From a virus, in IMG/VR virus record IMGVR_UViG_3300047476_001426, positions 1-64,000 of that record: a DNA stretch of 64,000 nucleotides; one strand, 5' to 3'. Both the position numbers and the translations under genes were made by a program. The notes under the pieces are model-generated. The model worked only from the letters and a program-made list of their open reading frames with translations. It searched no databases and was not told the DNA's origin. This document shows positions 27,796 through 37,152 of this stretch, piece by piece. Each line of letters opens with the position of its first letter. The first letter of the stretch is position 1.

Positions 27796-29016
27796 ATGTC
27801 AAAGATTAGAATTTTAGCAATACCACCCGATACACATGGTGTAGGTAAATATAGAATATTAGACCCATATAAATTTATTGGTGACCATTACTCAGATGAG
27901 TTCCATATTGATATCGCACTATCAGTTGAGAACAATGATAACTTCTTTAAAAACTATGACATCGTTGTTTTCCATAGTTTTATCCATCAAACAACCCACG
28001 AAGAAAATATTTCAAGAATCAAATGGTTAAAATCTCAAGGGATTAAGACCGTTATGGATATTGATGACCATTGGTCTCCCGACCATAGACACCCAATGTA
28101 TTTCCATATTAAGGAAAACGAGTTACCAAAAAAGAAGGTGGATATGATGAAGGAATCCGATTATGTCTCATGTACCACTGAACATTTTGCAAATGGTCTT
28201 AGAAAAAAACTCAATTTAAAAAATGTCGTGGTGTTTCCAAATGCAATTGACCCAAACGAAAGTCAATTTCAACCAAAACCAACACTATCTGATAGACTTA
28301 GATTCGGATGGTTAGGTGGTTCAACACACTTACATGACTTAGAACAAATTAGAGGTGGAGTCTCAATGATTGCTAATCAATACAATAACGTTCAATTTGT
28401 TCTTTGTGGTTATGACTTAAGAGGTTCAATTACCGAAGTGAATCCACAAACGAATGAGAGAAAAACAAGACCAATTCAACCAATGGAAACGGTTTGGTAC
28501 AAGTATGAACAAATTTTCACCGATAATTACAAAACTGTTGATGAGGATTATAAATCATATTTGATGAATTTCTCGCCAACACCTGAAATTGATGTAAGTA
28601 ATAAAAAATATAGAAGAGTATGGACTCAACCAATTGGTAGATATGGTGCAAATTACAACTTATTTGATGTATCTTTAGCACCCGTGATACCTTCAGAATT
28701 CAACTCGTATAAGTCACAATTAAAAATAATTGAGTCGGGTTTCCACAAAAAACCAATTATCGCGAGTGAAACGATGCCGTATACTATTGATTTAAAAAAT
28801 GCCTACAAAGAGGGTAAACTATTAGATGATGGTAACGCATTGTTAGTACATGAAAACAAAAATCATAAACTTTGGGCGAAGTACATGAAATTACTCATCG
28901 AAAACCCCAACATGGTTGAAGATTTAGGTAATAAACTTTATGAAACCGTGAAAGACAAATATTCGTTAGTTACGGTATCAGAAAACAGAACACAATTTTT
29001 CAAATCAATAATTTAA
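27796..29016 (+). CDS. Glycosyltransferase (GT-B fold, GT4-like)
   Basis: VMDIDDHW, RFGWLGGSTHLHDL, FDVSLAPV...FNSYKSQLKIIESG..KKPIIAS motifs. Confidence 0.8.
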   Translation: MSKIRILAIPPDTHGVGKYRILDPYKFIGDHYSDEFHIDIALSVENNDNFFKNYDIVVFHSFIHQTTHEENISRIKWLKSQGIKTVMDIDDHWSPDHRHPMYFHIKENELPKKKVDMMKESDYVSCTTEHFANGLRKKLNLKNVVVFPNAIDPNESQFQPKPTLSDRLRFGWLGGSTHLHDLEQIRGGVSMIANQYNNVQFVLCGYDLRGSITEVNPQTNERKTRPIQPMETVWYKYEQIFTDNYKTVDEDYKSYLMNFSPTPEIDVSNKKYRRVWTQPIGRYGANYNLFDVSLAPVIPSEFNSYKSQLKIIESGFHKKPIIASETMPYTIDLKNAYKEGKLLDDGNALLVHENKNHKLWAKYMKLLIENPNMVEDLGNKLYETVKDKYSLVTVSENRTQFFKSII

Positions 29017-29028
29017 AACAAAAAAAAC

Positions 29029-29265
29029 ATGCATTACTTAGTTACAGTAGGTTATGAAACCGAAAATTTAGACAGAAATGGTAATCCAAGATTACAAAAA
29101 GTTAAGTACATCGTAGAAGCTGAGTCAGTTGAAGAGGCGACATTAGTTGTTTCAAAATACCGAGCAGGTGATATGCGTTCATCAGAAAGTTTGGCTATTG
29201 TTAAAATGCCAATCGAATGTATCATTGACCCACAAAACACTCCTGAGTACTTTAAAAACAAATAA
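29029..29265 (+). CDS. DUF4494-like small protein
   Basis: Y.V.V.YE..D.NG..R..K..Y.V.A.S..EA pattern resembles the Bacteroidota DUF4494 family (recognised from memory). Confidence 0.45.
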   Translation: MHYLVTVGYETENLDRNGNPRLQKVKYIVEAESVEEATLVVSKYRAGDMRSSESLAIVKMPIECIIDPQNTPEYFKNK

Positions 29266-29267
29266 TC

Positions 29268-29834
29268 ATGATAACCGCCGAACAAATAGAATCTAACAAG
29301 AAAAAGTTTCTTGAAACAAATTCAAAATACAAAATCTTTACGGATGAATTGTTAGATTTTTTAGGTGATGATTTTTTCATCGCCCCCGCATCTACATCTT
29401 TAGACATGTACGGATGTTATCCGGGTGGATTACTTAGTCATTGTTTTAAAGCTGCAAAGTATTCCGTTAAAACGAATGAATTGTTACCTGAGACGATGAG
29501 AGTTCAAACATCATCAATTCTCAAATGTATCTTCCTTTCACAAATTGGTAAGACCTTTATGTTCAAACCTAACCCAAGTGAATGGCATAGAAAAAATTTG
29601 GGTAAGTTGTATGAATTCACCGAACAAGAGGTTTCAATGAAAGCTGGTGAAAGAGCTGTCTACTACGCAACCACAAATGGTGTTAAACTTTCTGAAGATG
29701 AATTCCAATCTATCATGAATTCAGATAAAGAATCGGATGACAAAATGGTTAAGTATCGTTCAGGAACGTTATCTAATGTAATAAGAGTCGGTTTTGAACT
29801 ATCAATATTAGAAGAAAAAAATGGACAAAAATGA
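29268..29834 (+). CDS. Degenerate HD-domain protein (YhaM-like fold, HD replaced by SQ)
   Basis: APAS...YPGGLLSH motif, but FLSQIGK where LLHDIGK is expected. Confidence 0.55.
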   Translation: MITAEQIESNKKKFLETNSKYKIFTDELLDFLGDDFFIAPASTSLDMYGCYPGGLLSHCFKAAKYSVKTNELLPETMRVQTSSILKCIFLSQIGKTFMFKPNPSEWHRKNLGKLYEFTEQEVSMKAGERAVYYATTNGVKLSEDEFQSIMNSDKESDDKMVKYRSGTLSNVIRVGFELSILEEKNGQK

Positions 29835-30420
29835 AATTGAGTCGTACATTAAACGACTTCAAGAATTAGAAAAAGAAATCCTAAATGATGATTCTAATGA
29901 CGAATCAATTATGGGGGACTTAAATAAATTATTATTTAGTCTCGGGGATGATATTAAAAATCAAGTCGAAGAACAAGTTAATCGATTTGAAGTAAAGATA
30001 AAAAAATTAAACCCAAATGCGGTCATCCCCTCATATTCAAAAGAGGGTGATGCCGCTATGGATTTAACCGCGGTAGATGTTGAATTTACTGACGATTATA
30101 TTTCATACAAGACAGGCATTGCAATCGAAATACCCAAAGGTTATGTTGGTTTAGTTTTCCCAAGAAGTAGTAATTCTAAAAAGGATTTACTATTAACAAA
30201 TAGCGTTGGGGTTATCGATAGTGGGTATAGGGGAGAAATTGAAATTAGGTATAAAAGAATTTTAAATGATAGAAAAGGAGGAACCACTTCAATTTATAAT
30301 ATCTCAGATAGAGTAGGGCAGATTATGATTATCCCATACCCTTCAATCACATTTGTTGAGGTAGATGAATTATCAGAAACAGAAAGAGGTGATGGTGGAT
30401 TTGGTTCTACCGGAAAATAA
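29821..30420 (+). CDS. dut: Trimeric dUTPase with N-terminal coiled-coil extension
   Basis: GDAAMDL, FPRSS, NSVGVIDSGYRGEI, ERGDGGFGSTG motifs. Confidence 0.92.
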   Translation: MDKNEIESYIKRLQELEKEILNDDSNDESIMGDLNKLLFSLGDDIKNQVEEQVNRFEVKIKKLNPNAVIPSYSKEGDAAMDLTAVDVEFTDDYISYKTGIAIEIPKGYVGLVFPRSSNSKKDLLLTNSVGVIDSGYRGEIEIRYKRILNDRKGGTTSIYNISDRVGQIMIIPYPSITFVEVDELSETERGDGGFGSTGK

Positions 30421-30445
30421 TAATTATATTAATAAAAATACATAC

Positions 30446-31162
30446 TTGAGAAAGTCAACAACAAAAACCGCCAATCTTATAGAAGATAAGAAAATCGCTA
30501 AAAAACAAAGAATTAGAGAAATTATAAAACAACCAAAAGAAAAATTTCTCACCAAAAATCAAGAAGAGTATTGGAGAATATTGGGCGATAATGAAATAAC
30601 ACTTTGTTTTGGTCCAGCTGGTGTTGGTAAATCATACATCGCAATGAAAAGAGCGATAGATTTACTATGGGATGACAATAACAAATATGAAAAAATTATT
30701 ATTGTTAGACCTGCGGTGGAAGCTGAAGAAAAATTAGGTTCATTACCGGGAGGTTTAGAAGAAAAGCTCGACCCATACATTTACCCATCATATTATCTTT
30801 TGAATAAGATAATTGGTAAAGAGTCTAGAGAAAAATTAAAAGAGGAGGGTTTTATTGAAATTGCCGCACTGGCTTACATGAGAGGTTGGAATGTTGACAA
30901 TACGATATTGGTATTTGAGGAAGCTCAAAATACTACACCATCTCAAATGAAGTTATTACTCACACGTATCGGATTTAATTCTAAATTCTTTATTTCGGGA
31001 GACTTAGAACAATCAGACAAATTTAAAGATAAGACAAAAACAGGTTTATACGACGCTAAAGTAAGACTTGGTGATTTAAAGAATGTCGGTGTTTTTGAAT
31101 TTGGTAGTGAGGATATTGTCAGAAATCCTATAATTACACAAATCCTAAAAAGATACGATTAA
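30446..31162 (+). CDS. phoH: PhoH family ATPase
   Basis: GPAGVGKS, IVRPAVE, LPGGLEEKLDPY, AYMRG, EEAQN, SGDLEQSD, DIVRN; start uncertain (TTG 30446; ORF track 30365). Confidence 0.92.
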   Translation: MRKSTTKTANLIEDKKIAKKQRIREIIKQPKEKFLTKNQEEYWRILGDNEITLCFGPAGVGKSYIAMKRAIDLLWDDNNKYEKIIIVRPAVEAEEKLGSLPGGLEEKLDPYIYPSYYLLNKIIGKESREKLKEEGFIEIAALAYMRGWNVDNTILVFEEAQNTTPSQMKLLLTRIGFNSKFFISGDLEQSDKFKDKTKTGLYDAKVRLGDLKNVGVFEFGSEDIVRNPIITQILKRYD

Positions 31163-31199
31163 ACTTTACTTATAAAGTATTATAAGTTATATTTCCTTT

Positions 31200-31880
31200 A
31201 TGGAAATATTTGTAAGTATAGATGGTGTTTTACGAAACACGATTCAAAAATTTGACTACCATTATAAAGATTACTTCCTCAACACCGAATCGGATGAAGA
31301 GGAGAAATTTGAATACGGTGTTAATGGTACCCCTATTTCTATTGAAAATTTATTAAGTACGTATAATTTTCAATCAATCGATGAATTTAATAAATTTCTA
31401 TATTTTGATTTCCCAATCGAAATATATGGTCACGCAGGATTAAGTTATAGTCATGCTGCAACTGAATTGAACAGCTTTATTTTCGAGAATAAGGATGTGA
31501 AAGTTACATTGGTTGGTCTTAGTGAAAAGGGTAAAGCCAAACCCGCAACACTCTTCTTCTTATCCAAGAACGGTATTATGGCGGATAATGTGATTTTTTC
31601 ATCGCCAAATGACATCAAAAAATTATGGAAGAAATGTGATGTTTGGATTACAGACGATATTAATGTTGTATCCCAATGTCCATTTTACAAAAAAGTTATA
31701 AAGTTTAATACGTTTTACAATAATAACTTTACAAATAAACTACAAATAAATAAATTATCAGAAATAGATAAAACATGGTTGAAATTTTCGGTAAAAACTA
31801 CTATATCGATGTTGATGGAATCAGTCAAAAATGTCAAACAGGGAATCAAATCCAAAATGAAGACGGGACCACAACACTAG
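31200..31880 (+). CDS. HAD-fold 5'(3')-deoxyribonucleotidase-like protein, first catalytic Asp replaced by Ser
   Basis: IFVSIDGVLRN (cf. hhhDxDGV) and DVWITDD motifs. Confidence 0.55.
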   Translation: MEIFVSIDGVLRNTIQKFDYHYKDYFLNTESDEEEKFEYGVNGTPISIENLLSTYNFQSIDEFNKFLYFDFPIEIYGHAGLSYSHAATELNSFIFENKDVKVTLVGLSEKGKAKPATLFFLSKNGIMADNVIFSSPNDIKKLWKKCDVWITDDINVVSQCPFYKKVIKFNTFYNNNFTNKLQINKLSEIDKTWLKFSVKTTISMLMESVKNVKQGIKSKMKTGPQH

Positions 31881-32056
31881 AGATAAACATATTCAAATAT
31901 GAAATAATAAAAACTTGCATTGAGAGGGTATTAAATGAATTTGAAGAATCAGATGAAACATTGGGTGAATTTGGTGATTCAAACCTATCAATATCATTTA
32001 AAATAGCATATAACACATTAATAAAATACGAAATATTAATATCAGAAGATGAATAA
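31775..32056 (+). CDS. Hypothetical protein
   Basis: 93 aa; overlaps neighbours in operon. Confidence 0.55.
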   Translation: MVEIFGKNYYIDVDGISQKCQTGNQIQNEDGTTTLEINIFKYEIIKTCIERVLNEFEESDETLGEFGDSNLSISFKIAYNTLIKYEILISEDE

Positions 32057-33122
32057 CAAAGAAAACATAGAAAAACTGTCAGTGGCTTTAGAAAACCTAA
32101 CCACTAAGACTAATAACATATACTTTTTGGTATATGACACAAAAAACAATCCAAGAGCTTCGGTTAAACATATCTATGATATGGCATTAACATTGAAACA
32201 AAATGGGTATAACGCTAAATTACTTGTTGAGGACAAAACTTACACCGGAGTAAATTCTTGGTTAGGTGATACATACACTGAATTAGAAGTTGTCACCATT
32301 AAGGATGACCGTGTTGAAATTAAAATTGAGGACGTAATTGTTGTTCCTGAATATTATTCAAATGTTTTGGAATCCATGGCAAACATAAGATGTGTGAAAG
32401 TCATGTTAGTTCAACAAAAAGAATATATATTTGAGACCTTACCAATTGGAAGTAGATGGTCTGATTATGGATTTGATAGAGTAATCACAACTACTGAGTT
32501 TTCAAAGAAATACATAGGTGAAATTTTTAACGAATCTTTAGTTCATATAATTCCACCAATCATTAGCGACGAGTTTAAGGTAACTGAAAAAAATACAAAA
32601 CCTATTATTGCTATTCTGTGTAAAGATAGGTCAACAAATAAAAGAATTATCTCAGAATTTTATGTTCGTTATCCACATTTAAGATGGTTAACATTTAGAG
32701 ACATGGTTAATATGTCCTATCAAGAATTTGCGGATAATTTGAGAGAATGTGTTGTTTCAGTTTGGGTAGATGATGACTCAACCTTTGGTACGTTCCCATT
32801 AGAATCCATGAAATCGGGTGTACCTGTTATTGGAAAGATTCCTAAAAACGAACCTGATTGGTTAAGTGAAAATGGTATGTGGACATACGACGATTCAAAA
32901 ATTGTTGAAATTCTTGGTACATACATCAATGCATGGTTAGAAGGTGTGGAGATTAATGATGAAGTAAAACAGAAAATGAAAGATACCCTTTTACCATACG
33001 AAACGGAAATCACAAAAAATAACATTTTGAATATTTTCGACTCATTCATTAATAAAAGAATTGAGGCAATCGAAAAGGCATTAAATAAAATAAAAGAAGA
33101 AACAAAAGAAGAAATCGCATGA
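32049..33122 (+). CDS. Glycosyltransferase (GT-B-like)
   Basis: VIVVPE, FGTFPLESMKSGVPVIG (E-x7 motif of GT-B enzymes). Confidence 0.7.
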   Translation: MNNKENIEKLSVALENLTTKTNNIYFLVYDTKNNPRASVKHIYDMALTLKQNGYNAKLLVEDKTYTGVNSWLGDTYTELEVVTIKDDRVEIKIEDVIVVPEYYSNVLESMANIRCVKVMLVQQKEYIFETLPIGSRWSDYGFDRVITTTEFSKKYIGEIFNESLVHIIPPIISDEFKVTEKNTKPIIAILCKDRSTNKRIISEFYVRYPHLRWLTFRDMVNMSYQEFADNLRECVVSVWVDDDSTFGTFPLESMKSGVPVIGKIPKNEPDWLSENGMWTYDDSKIVEILGTYINAWLEGVEINDEVKQKMKDTLLPYETEITKNNILNIFDSFINKRIEAIEKALNKIKEETKEEIA

Positions 33123-33898
33123 AAGACATATCAATAATTTTACCAATCCATAAATGGGATGAGGAATATGAAACAATGTTTAAGAACGCATTTAGTTCGG
33201 TAGAGCAATTTTATAATGACGTTAAATTATTAATTGTTGGACCATCTAATATCGTTTCCAAAATAAAAATAGACGAAACCAATTTAGAATACCACATTAT
33301 CGAAAACACAGGTAATCATGATTTTTGTTCACAAGTAAATTTGGGAATTGAAAAATGTGAAACAGAATGGTTTTCAATTTTGGAGGTTGATGATGAATAT
33401 CACAAAAACTGGTTGACGTTAGTAAATTCATATAGAAAAGAAAACCCAGAAGTTAGTGCGTTTTTGAGTTTAGTTAAAGACATTAACGTCGAGGGTAATT
33501 TCTTAAGTTATACCAACGAAGCAACTTGGGCATACGGATTTACAGATAAACAAGGGTTTTTAGATAATGAAGCTCTTTTAGAATATCAAAATTTCCAAAT
33601 CAATGGTGGTCTTTATAAAACATCGGTTATTACCGAATATGGTAAGTTAAAATCAAACATTAAGTTAACTTTTGGGTATGAATTCTTACTGAGATTAACC
33701 CACAATAATGTTATCGTAATGACTATCCCAAGATTAGGATACCAACACGTCAATTTCAGAGAAGACTCGTTATTTTGGAGTTACAAAAATTCCGATAGTA
33801 TGAAACTATCTCCTGAAGAGGTTAAATTTTGGTTGGATACAGCAAAAAAAGAATTTTTCTTTAAAAATAATAGAGACATAAACTATGTAGAAAATTAA
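33119..33898 (+). CDS. Glycosyltransferase (GT-A fold, GT2-like)
   Basis: ISIILPIH, VNLGIEKCETEWFSILEVDDEY (DxD-like) motifs. Confidence 0.75.
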   Translation: MKDISIILPIHKWDEEYETMFKNAFSSVEQFYNDVKLLIVGPSNIVSKIKIDETNLEYHIIENTGNHDFCSQVNLGIEKCETEWFSILEVDDEYHKNWLTLVNSYRKENPEVSAFLSLVKDINVEGNFLSYTNEATWAYGFTDKQGFLDNEALLEYQNFQINGGLYKTSVITEYGKLKSNIKLTFGYEFLLRLTHNNVIVMTIPRLGYQHVNFREDSLFWSYKNSDSMKLSPEEVKFWLDTAKKEFFFKNNRDINYVEN

Positions 33899-33900
33899 AT

Positions 33901-34599
33901 ATGCCGCGTAAACGAACCCAAAAAATTTATTTTGGGGAGGAACAAGAACAAGCGGTTGTAAGATATTTAGAATCCGACTCCGATAGCGAAAAGAATAAGA
34001 TATTCAATGAATATTTAAGAGAACCTCTCACAATAATGGTCGAAAGTATTATTCGACGTTATAAATTATATAGAAAAGACTTTGAATTCGTAGATATACA
34101 TGCGGATACGATGTCTTTTCTTATGACTAAGATTAACAAATTCGACCATACAAAAAACCATAAAGCTTATTCTTATTTCGGAACCATTTGTAAAAATTAC
34201 TTAATGGGTGCGATTCAAAAGGATGCTAAGGAAATGAACAGAAATGTGTCCTATGACGACATTTCATCCGATTTAGAAGAGAGTACGGAACATTCTTATT
34301 CTATAGACGAATATCATATTGATTATAAAGATGTGATAATAAAATTCATTATTGAGTTGGAGACGTTTATGGAGGAGGAAGAACTAAACGAAAATGAACA
34401 AAAATTAGGATATGCGTTAATTGAGATTTTTAGCAACTTTGAAAAAATCTTCCAAGTTGGTGAAGGTAATAAATTTAATAAGAACCTGATTTTATTGTCA
34501 TTACGTGAAATGACATCACTTTCAACTAAAGAAATAAGAATATCATTGAAAAGATATAAAAAAGTTTATGAAGGTATCATGATTGGATTCATAAATTAA
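33901..34599 (+). CDS. Late-transcription sigma factor (T4 gp55-like)
   Basis: 232 aa; KFDHTKNHKAYSYFGTICKNYL..AIQKDAK resembles gp55 region 2 (FD..K..NPFAYFT.I...FL..I.KE). Confidence 0.65.
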   Translation: MPRKRTQKIYFGEEQEQAVVRYLESDSDSEKNKIFNEYLREPLTIMVESIIRRYKLYRKDFEFVDIHADTMSFLMTKINKFDHTKNHKAYSYFGTICKNYLMGAIQKDAKEMNRNVSYDDISSDLEESTEHSYSIDEYHIDYKDVIIKFIIELETFMEEEELNENEQKLGYALIEIFSNFEKIFQVGEGNKFNKNLILLSLREMTSLSTKEIRISLKRYKKVYEGIMIGFIN

Positions 34600-34608
34600 T
34601 AATTTCTC

Positions 34609-34616
34609 TATTTATA
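34609..34616 (+). promoter_or_regulatory. Putative late promoter motif TATTTATA
   Basis: 4 nt before ATG at 34621. Confidence 0.6.
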
Positions 34617-34620
34617 TATT

Positions 34621-34995
34621 ATGAGGGAAAAGAAAAACATTATCTCGTTAGATACTGATTCTGCATTAGCATTAATGCAAGAGATTTATAACGATATCGT
34701 TGAACAAAAAAACACCGCATCCATGATAACAAAAAAAATGTTAACATTCATGAAGGATGCTGAGGATATGAGTGTAATTGGTCCCGTCATTAAAGAACAA
34801 CAAAAAATACTAAACGATTGTACTGAAAAAAAGATTTCGTTAGTTAAGTTACAAAGTGCTCTATTAAAACAAACTCAAGGAAGTGGTCCTAACTCAGCTG
34901 GTGGTAAACTACAACTTACAGATGAAGATAGAGTCTTGTTAGAAAAACTGATGAATGATTCAGAAGGTGAATCGTCAGGAATATATAGAGACTAA
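34621..34995 (+). CDS. Hypothetical helical protein (possible small terminase; unverified)
   Basis: 124 aa, helical/coiled-coil; first gene of a late operon. Confidence 0.5.
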   Translation: MREKKNIISLDTDSALALMQEIYNDIVEQKNTASMITKKMLTFMKDAEDMSVIGPVIKEQQKILNDCTEKKISLVKLQSALLKQTQGSGPNSAGGKLQLTDEDRVLLEKLMNDSEGESSGIYRD

Positions 34996-36953
34996 TGAGT
35001 AATTCAAAAGAAACGAAAAAAAAACTTCAGGCACAGATTGAGTCAATCAAAAAAATTAACGATGACCCAAAAGGTGCCTCGAACTCTATTGCCGATTTAT
35101 ATCAAAATAATATACCTGACCCAAACGAATTATTTTCTAAAAAAAGTGATGATTTAAAAAATAAATTAAAATCTAAAGTAGAAAATAACAAAGACATCTT
35201 TAAAGATTTATTGGATGTTGCTGAGCAATTTATTACAAGCAACAAAAAGACAAAATCTGATACAACCTCAACTCAAAAAGAAAGTGTTCCTGTAAACGTA
35301 GATAAAAATCTTGTAAAGGGAAAAATAAAAAGATATGCGGTATCTTCTGCTAAGACCACTTTAAAATCAGCAAAACAAATTGCGGTAAAACATTTTTCCG
35401 AAGCTCTTTTTATGGGTGACGGTATTTGTGGTAGTCAATCCGTATTCAACATCGATTCTATTGCTTTAAAACCAGATGAATTTGATTTTTTAGATATATT
35501 CACACTTGACCCCGACTCTGATTGTGGTAATTTGGTTTATGAGAAAAAATCACCTGACAAGAACAAACAAAAAACAAATAGAAAACTCTACGATTTAATG
35601 TCGTCAGGTGGGTTATACACCTACTCATCTAATAATGGTAAAAATCTATTCACATCCCAATGGAGCGCATCAACACAACAATTCCTAATCACAGGTTTGA
35701 CTCAAGGAACCACAGGTGTGACAAAAGTTCAAGATTTTATTCAAGACTATTATGAATCTTTAGAATTCCCCGATATTGAAGAAATCATAAAGACATCCAT
35801 GATGTTAACAATACAAGGTGGGTCAAGTTGTAGTGATTCAAGTAAATTCACAATTTCACTGAATAAATCATTAAGACTTATTGATAAATTATTCAAAGTT
35901 TGTGGTTCAAGCACTCAAAAAGATGAATTAAAAAATCAAACTCCGGTTGATATGTTCAGTGAAAACGACCAAGATATTGAGTTTTATTTTGATTTCGACG
36001 ACGTGGAGGGTATTGATTTAGATGACGAACAAAACAGATTTAGAAGAGTATTAAAATTCAAAGATTGTTACAATTTTGAGGTTCCTGTTGATGATATGCA
36101 CATTGAAGATTTTATTTATTTAACTAACAATAAAAATATCGAACAGGCGGTTGATGATACTTTAGAAAATGTATCTAAAGATGCCTTATCAAAATCAGAT
36201 TCCTCATTTGATATTAGTGCGTTTTTAAATAATTTATTAAACAACTTCATTTTAAATCTACCGAAAGCTTTGGTAATGTCCATACTATCAGCCAAAATAT
36301 TTTTACCAATAATAATTTTATATAAAATATTTAAAACAGGTTTAACTAATGTCTATTTGAATAGTAAAGAACTGGCTAAGAAATTCTATAAAGCTTTGGG
36401 TAATATTATAAAAGATTTATTTTGGTTATTCATCAGAGAATTTTGGAAATTAATTAAAATTGATGTTTTATCATTTGTACAAACAATTGTACAAAGAATT
36501 ATTAAAAACAAATACAAAAGATACCTCCTAATCATAACATCATTAATAGTCTTATTAAAGAAATTATTACAAAATGAGATAAACAATTGTTACGATTTAT
36601 TCCAAACAATTTTATCGACTATAAACGCGGCACTTTCTCAAAGGGCACCAATAACAGTCCCTTCTATATTACTATTGTTTTCAGAATCCCTTCCAGGTTT
36701 TAGTCAAGATAGGGCGTTTATGAATGTGATGAATAAATTAGAAGCTTCAGGAGTACCAACAGGTCCACTTTATGGTGAATCAAATGACATTGGTAATTTG
36801 GTAAAATCCGTAATCGATGGATATACAGAAGAAAAAGATGCAAATGCGTTTGTAAAAATTGTATTAAAAGGTGGGGTTTTACCGGGACCACCATTAGCGG
36901 GAGGTGCGGTAATTCCACCGGGTTTAATATCAGGTGTAGGTAAAGAATTTTAA
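34995..36953 (+). CDS. Hypothetical, probable virion/baseplate protein
   Basis: 652 aa; translationally coupled in operon with spike gene. Confidence 0.55.
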   Translation: MSNSKETKKKLQAQIESIKKINDDPKGASNSIADLYQNNIPDPNELFSKKSDDLKNKLKSKVENNKDIFKDLLDVAEQFITSNKKTKSDTTSTQKESVPVNVDKNLVKGKIKRYAVSSAKTTLKSAKQIAVKHFSEALFMGDGICGSQSVFNIDSIALKPDEFDFLDIFTLDPDSDCGNLVYEKKSPDKNKQKTNRKLYDLMSSGGLYTYSSNNGKNLFTSQWSASTQQFLITGLTQGTTGVTKVQDFIQDYYESLEFPDIEEIIKTSMMLTIQGGSSCSDSSKFTISLNKSLRLIDKLFKVCGSSTQKDELKNQTPVDMFSENDQDIEFYFDFDDVEGIDLDDEQNRFRRVLKFKDCYNFEVPVDDMHIEDFIYLTNNKNIEQAVDDTLENVSKDALSKSDSSFDISAFLNNLLNNFILNLPKALVMSILSAKIFLPIIILYKIFKTGLTNVYLNSKELAKKFYKALGNIIKDLFWLFIREFWKLIKIDVLSFVQTIVQRIIKNKYKRYLLIITSLIVLLKKLLQNEINNCYDLFQTILSTINAALSQRAPITVPSILLLFSESLPGFSQDRAFMNVMNKLEASGVPTGPLYGESNDIGNLVKSVIDGYTEEKDANAFVKIVLKGGVLPGPPLAGGAVIPPGLISGVGKEF

Positions 36954-36954
36954 A

Positions 36955-37152
36955 ATGGAATCAAATAGACTTAAAAATATTATAGAGAACGCTAAAGACA
37001 AATCAAATAAAGATTTATTTGAGGCGGAAGAATTTTTGTTTAAACAACACGAAGAACTTAAAACACACATAATTGATTTGACTCGTAAATTGGAATCTAT
37101 TGAAAATTTACATCAAGTAATAATTACTGAAATTGAAAATAGGAAAGTATAA
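36955..37152 (+). CDS. Small coiled-coil hypothetical protein
   Basis: 65 aa; coupled to neighbours. Confidence 0.5.
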   Translation: MESNRLKNIIENAKDKSNKDLFEAEEFLFKQHEELKTHIIDLTRKLESIENLHQVIITEIENRKV

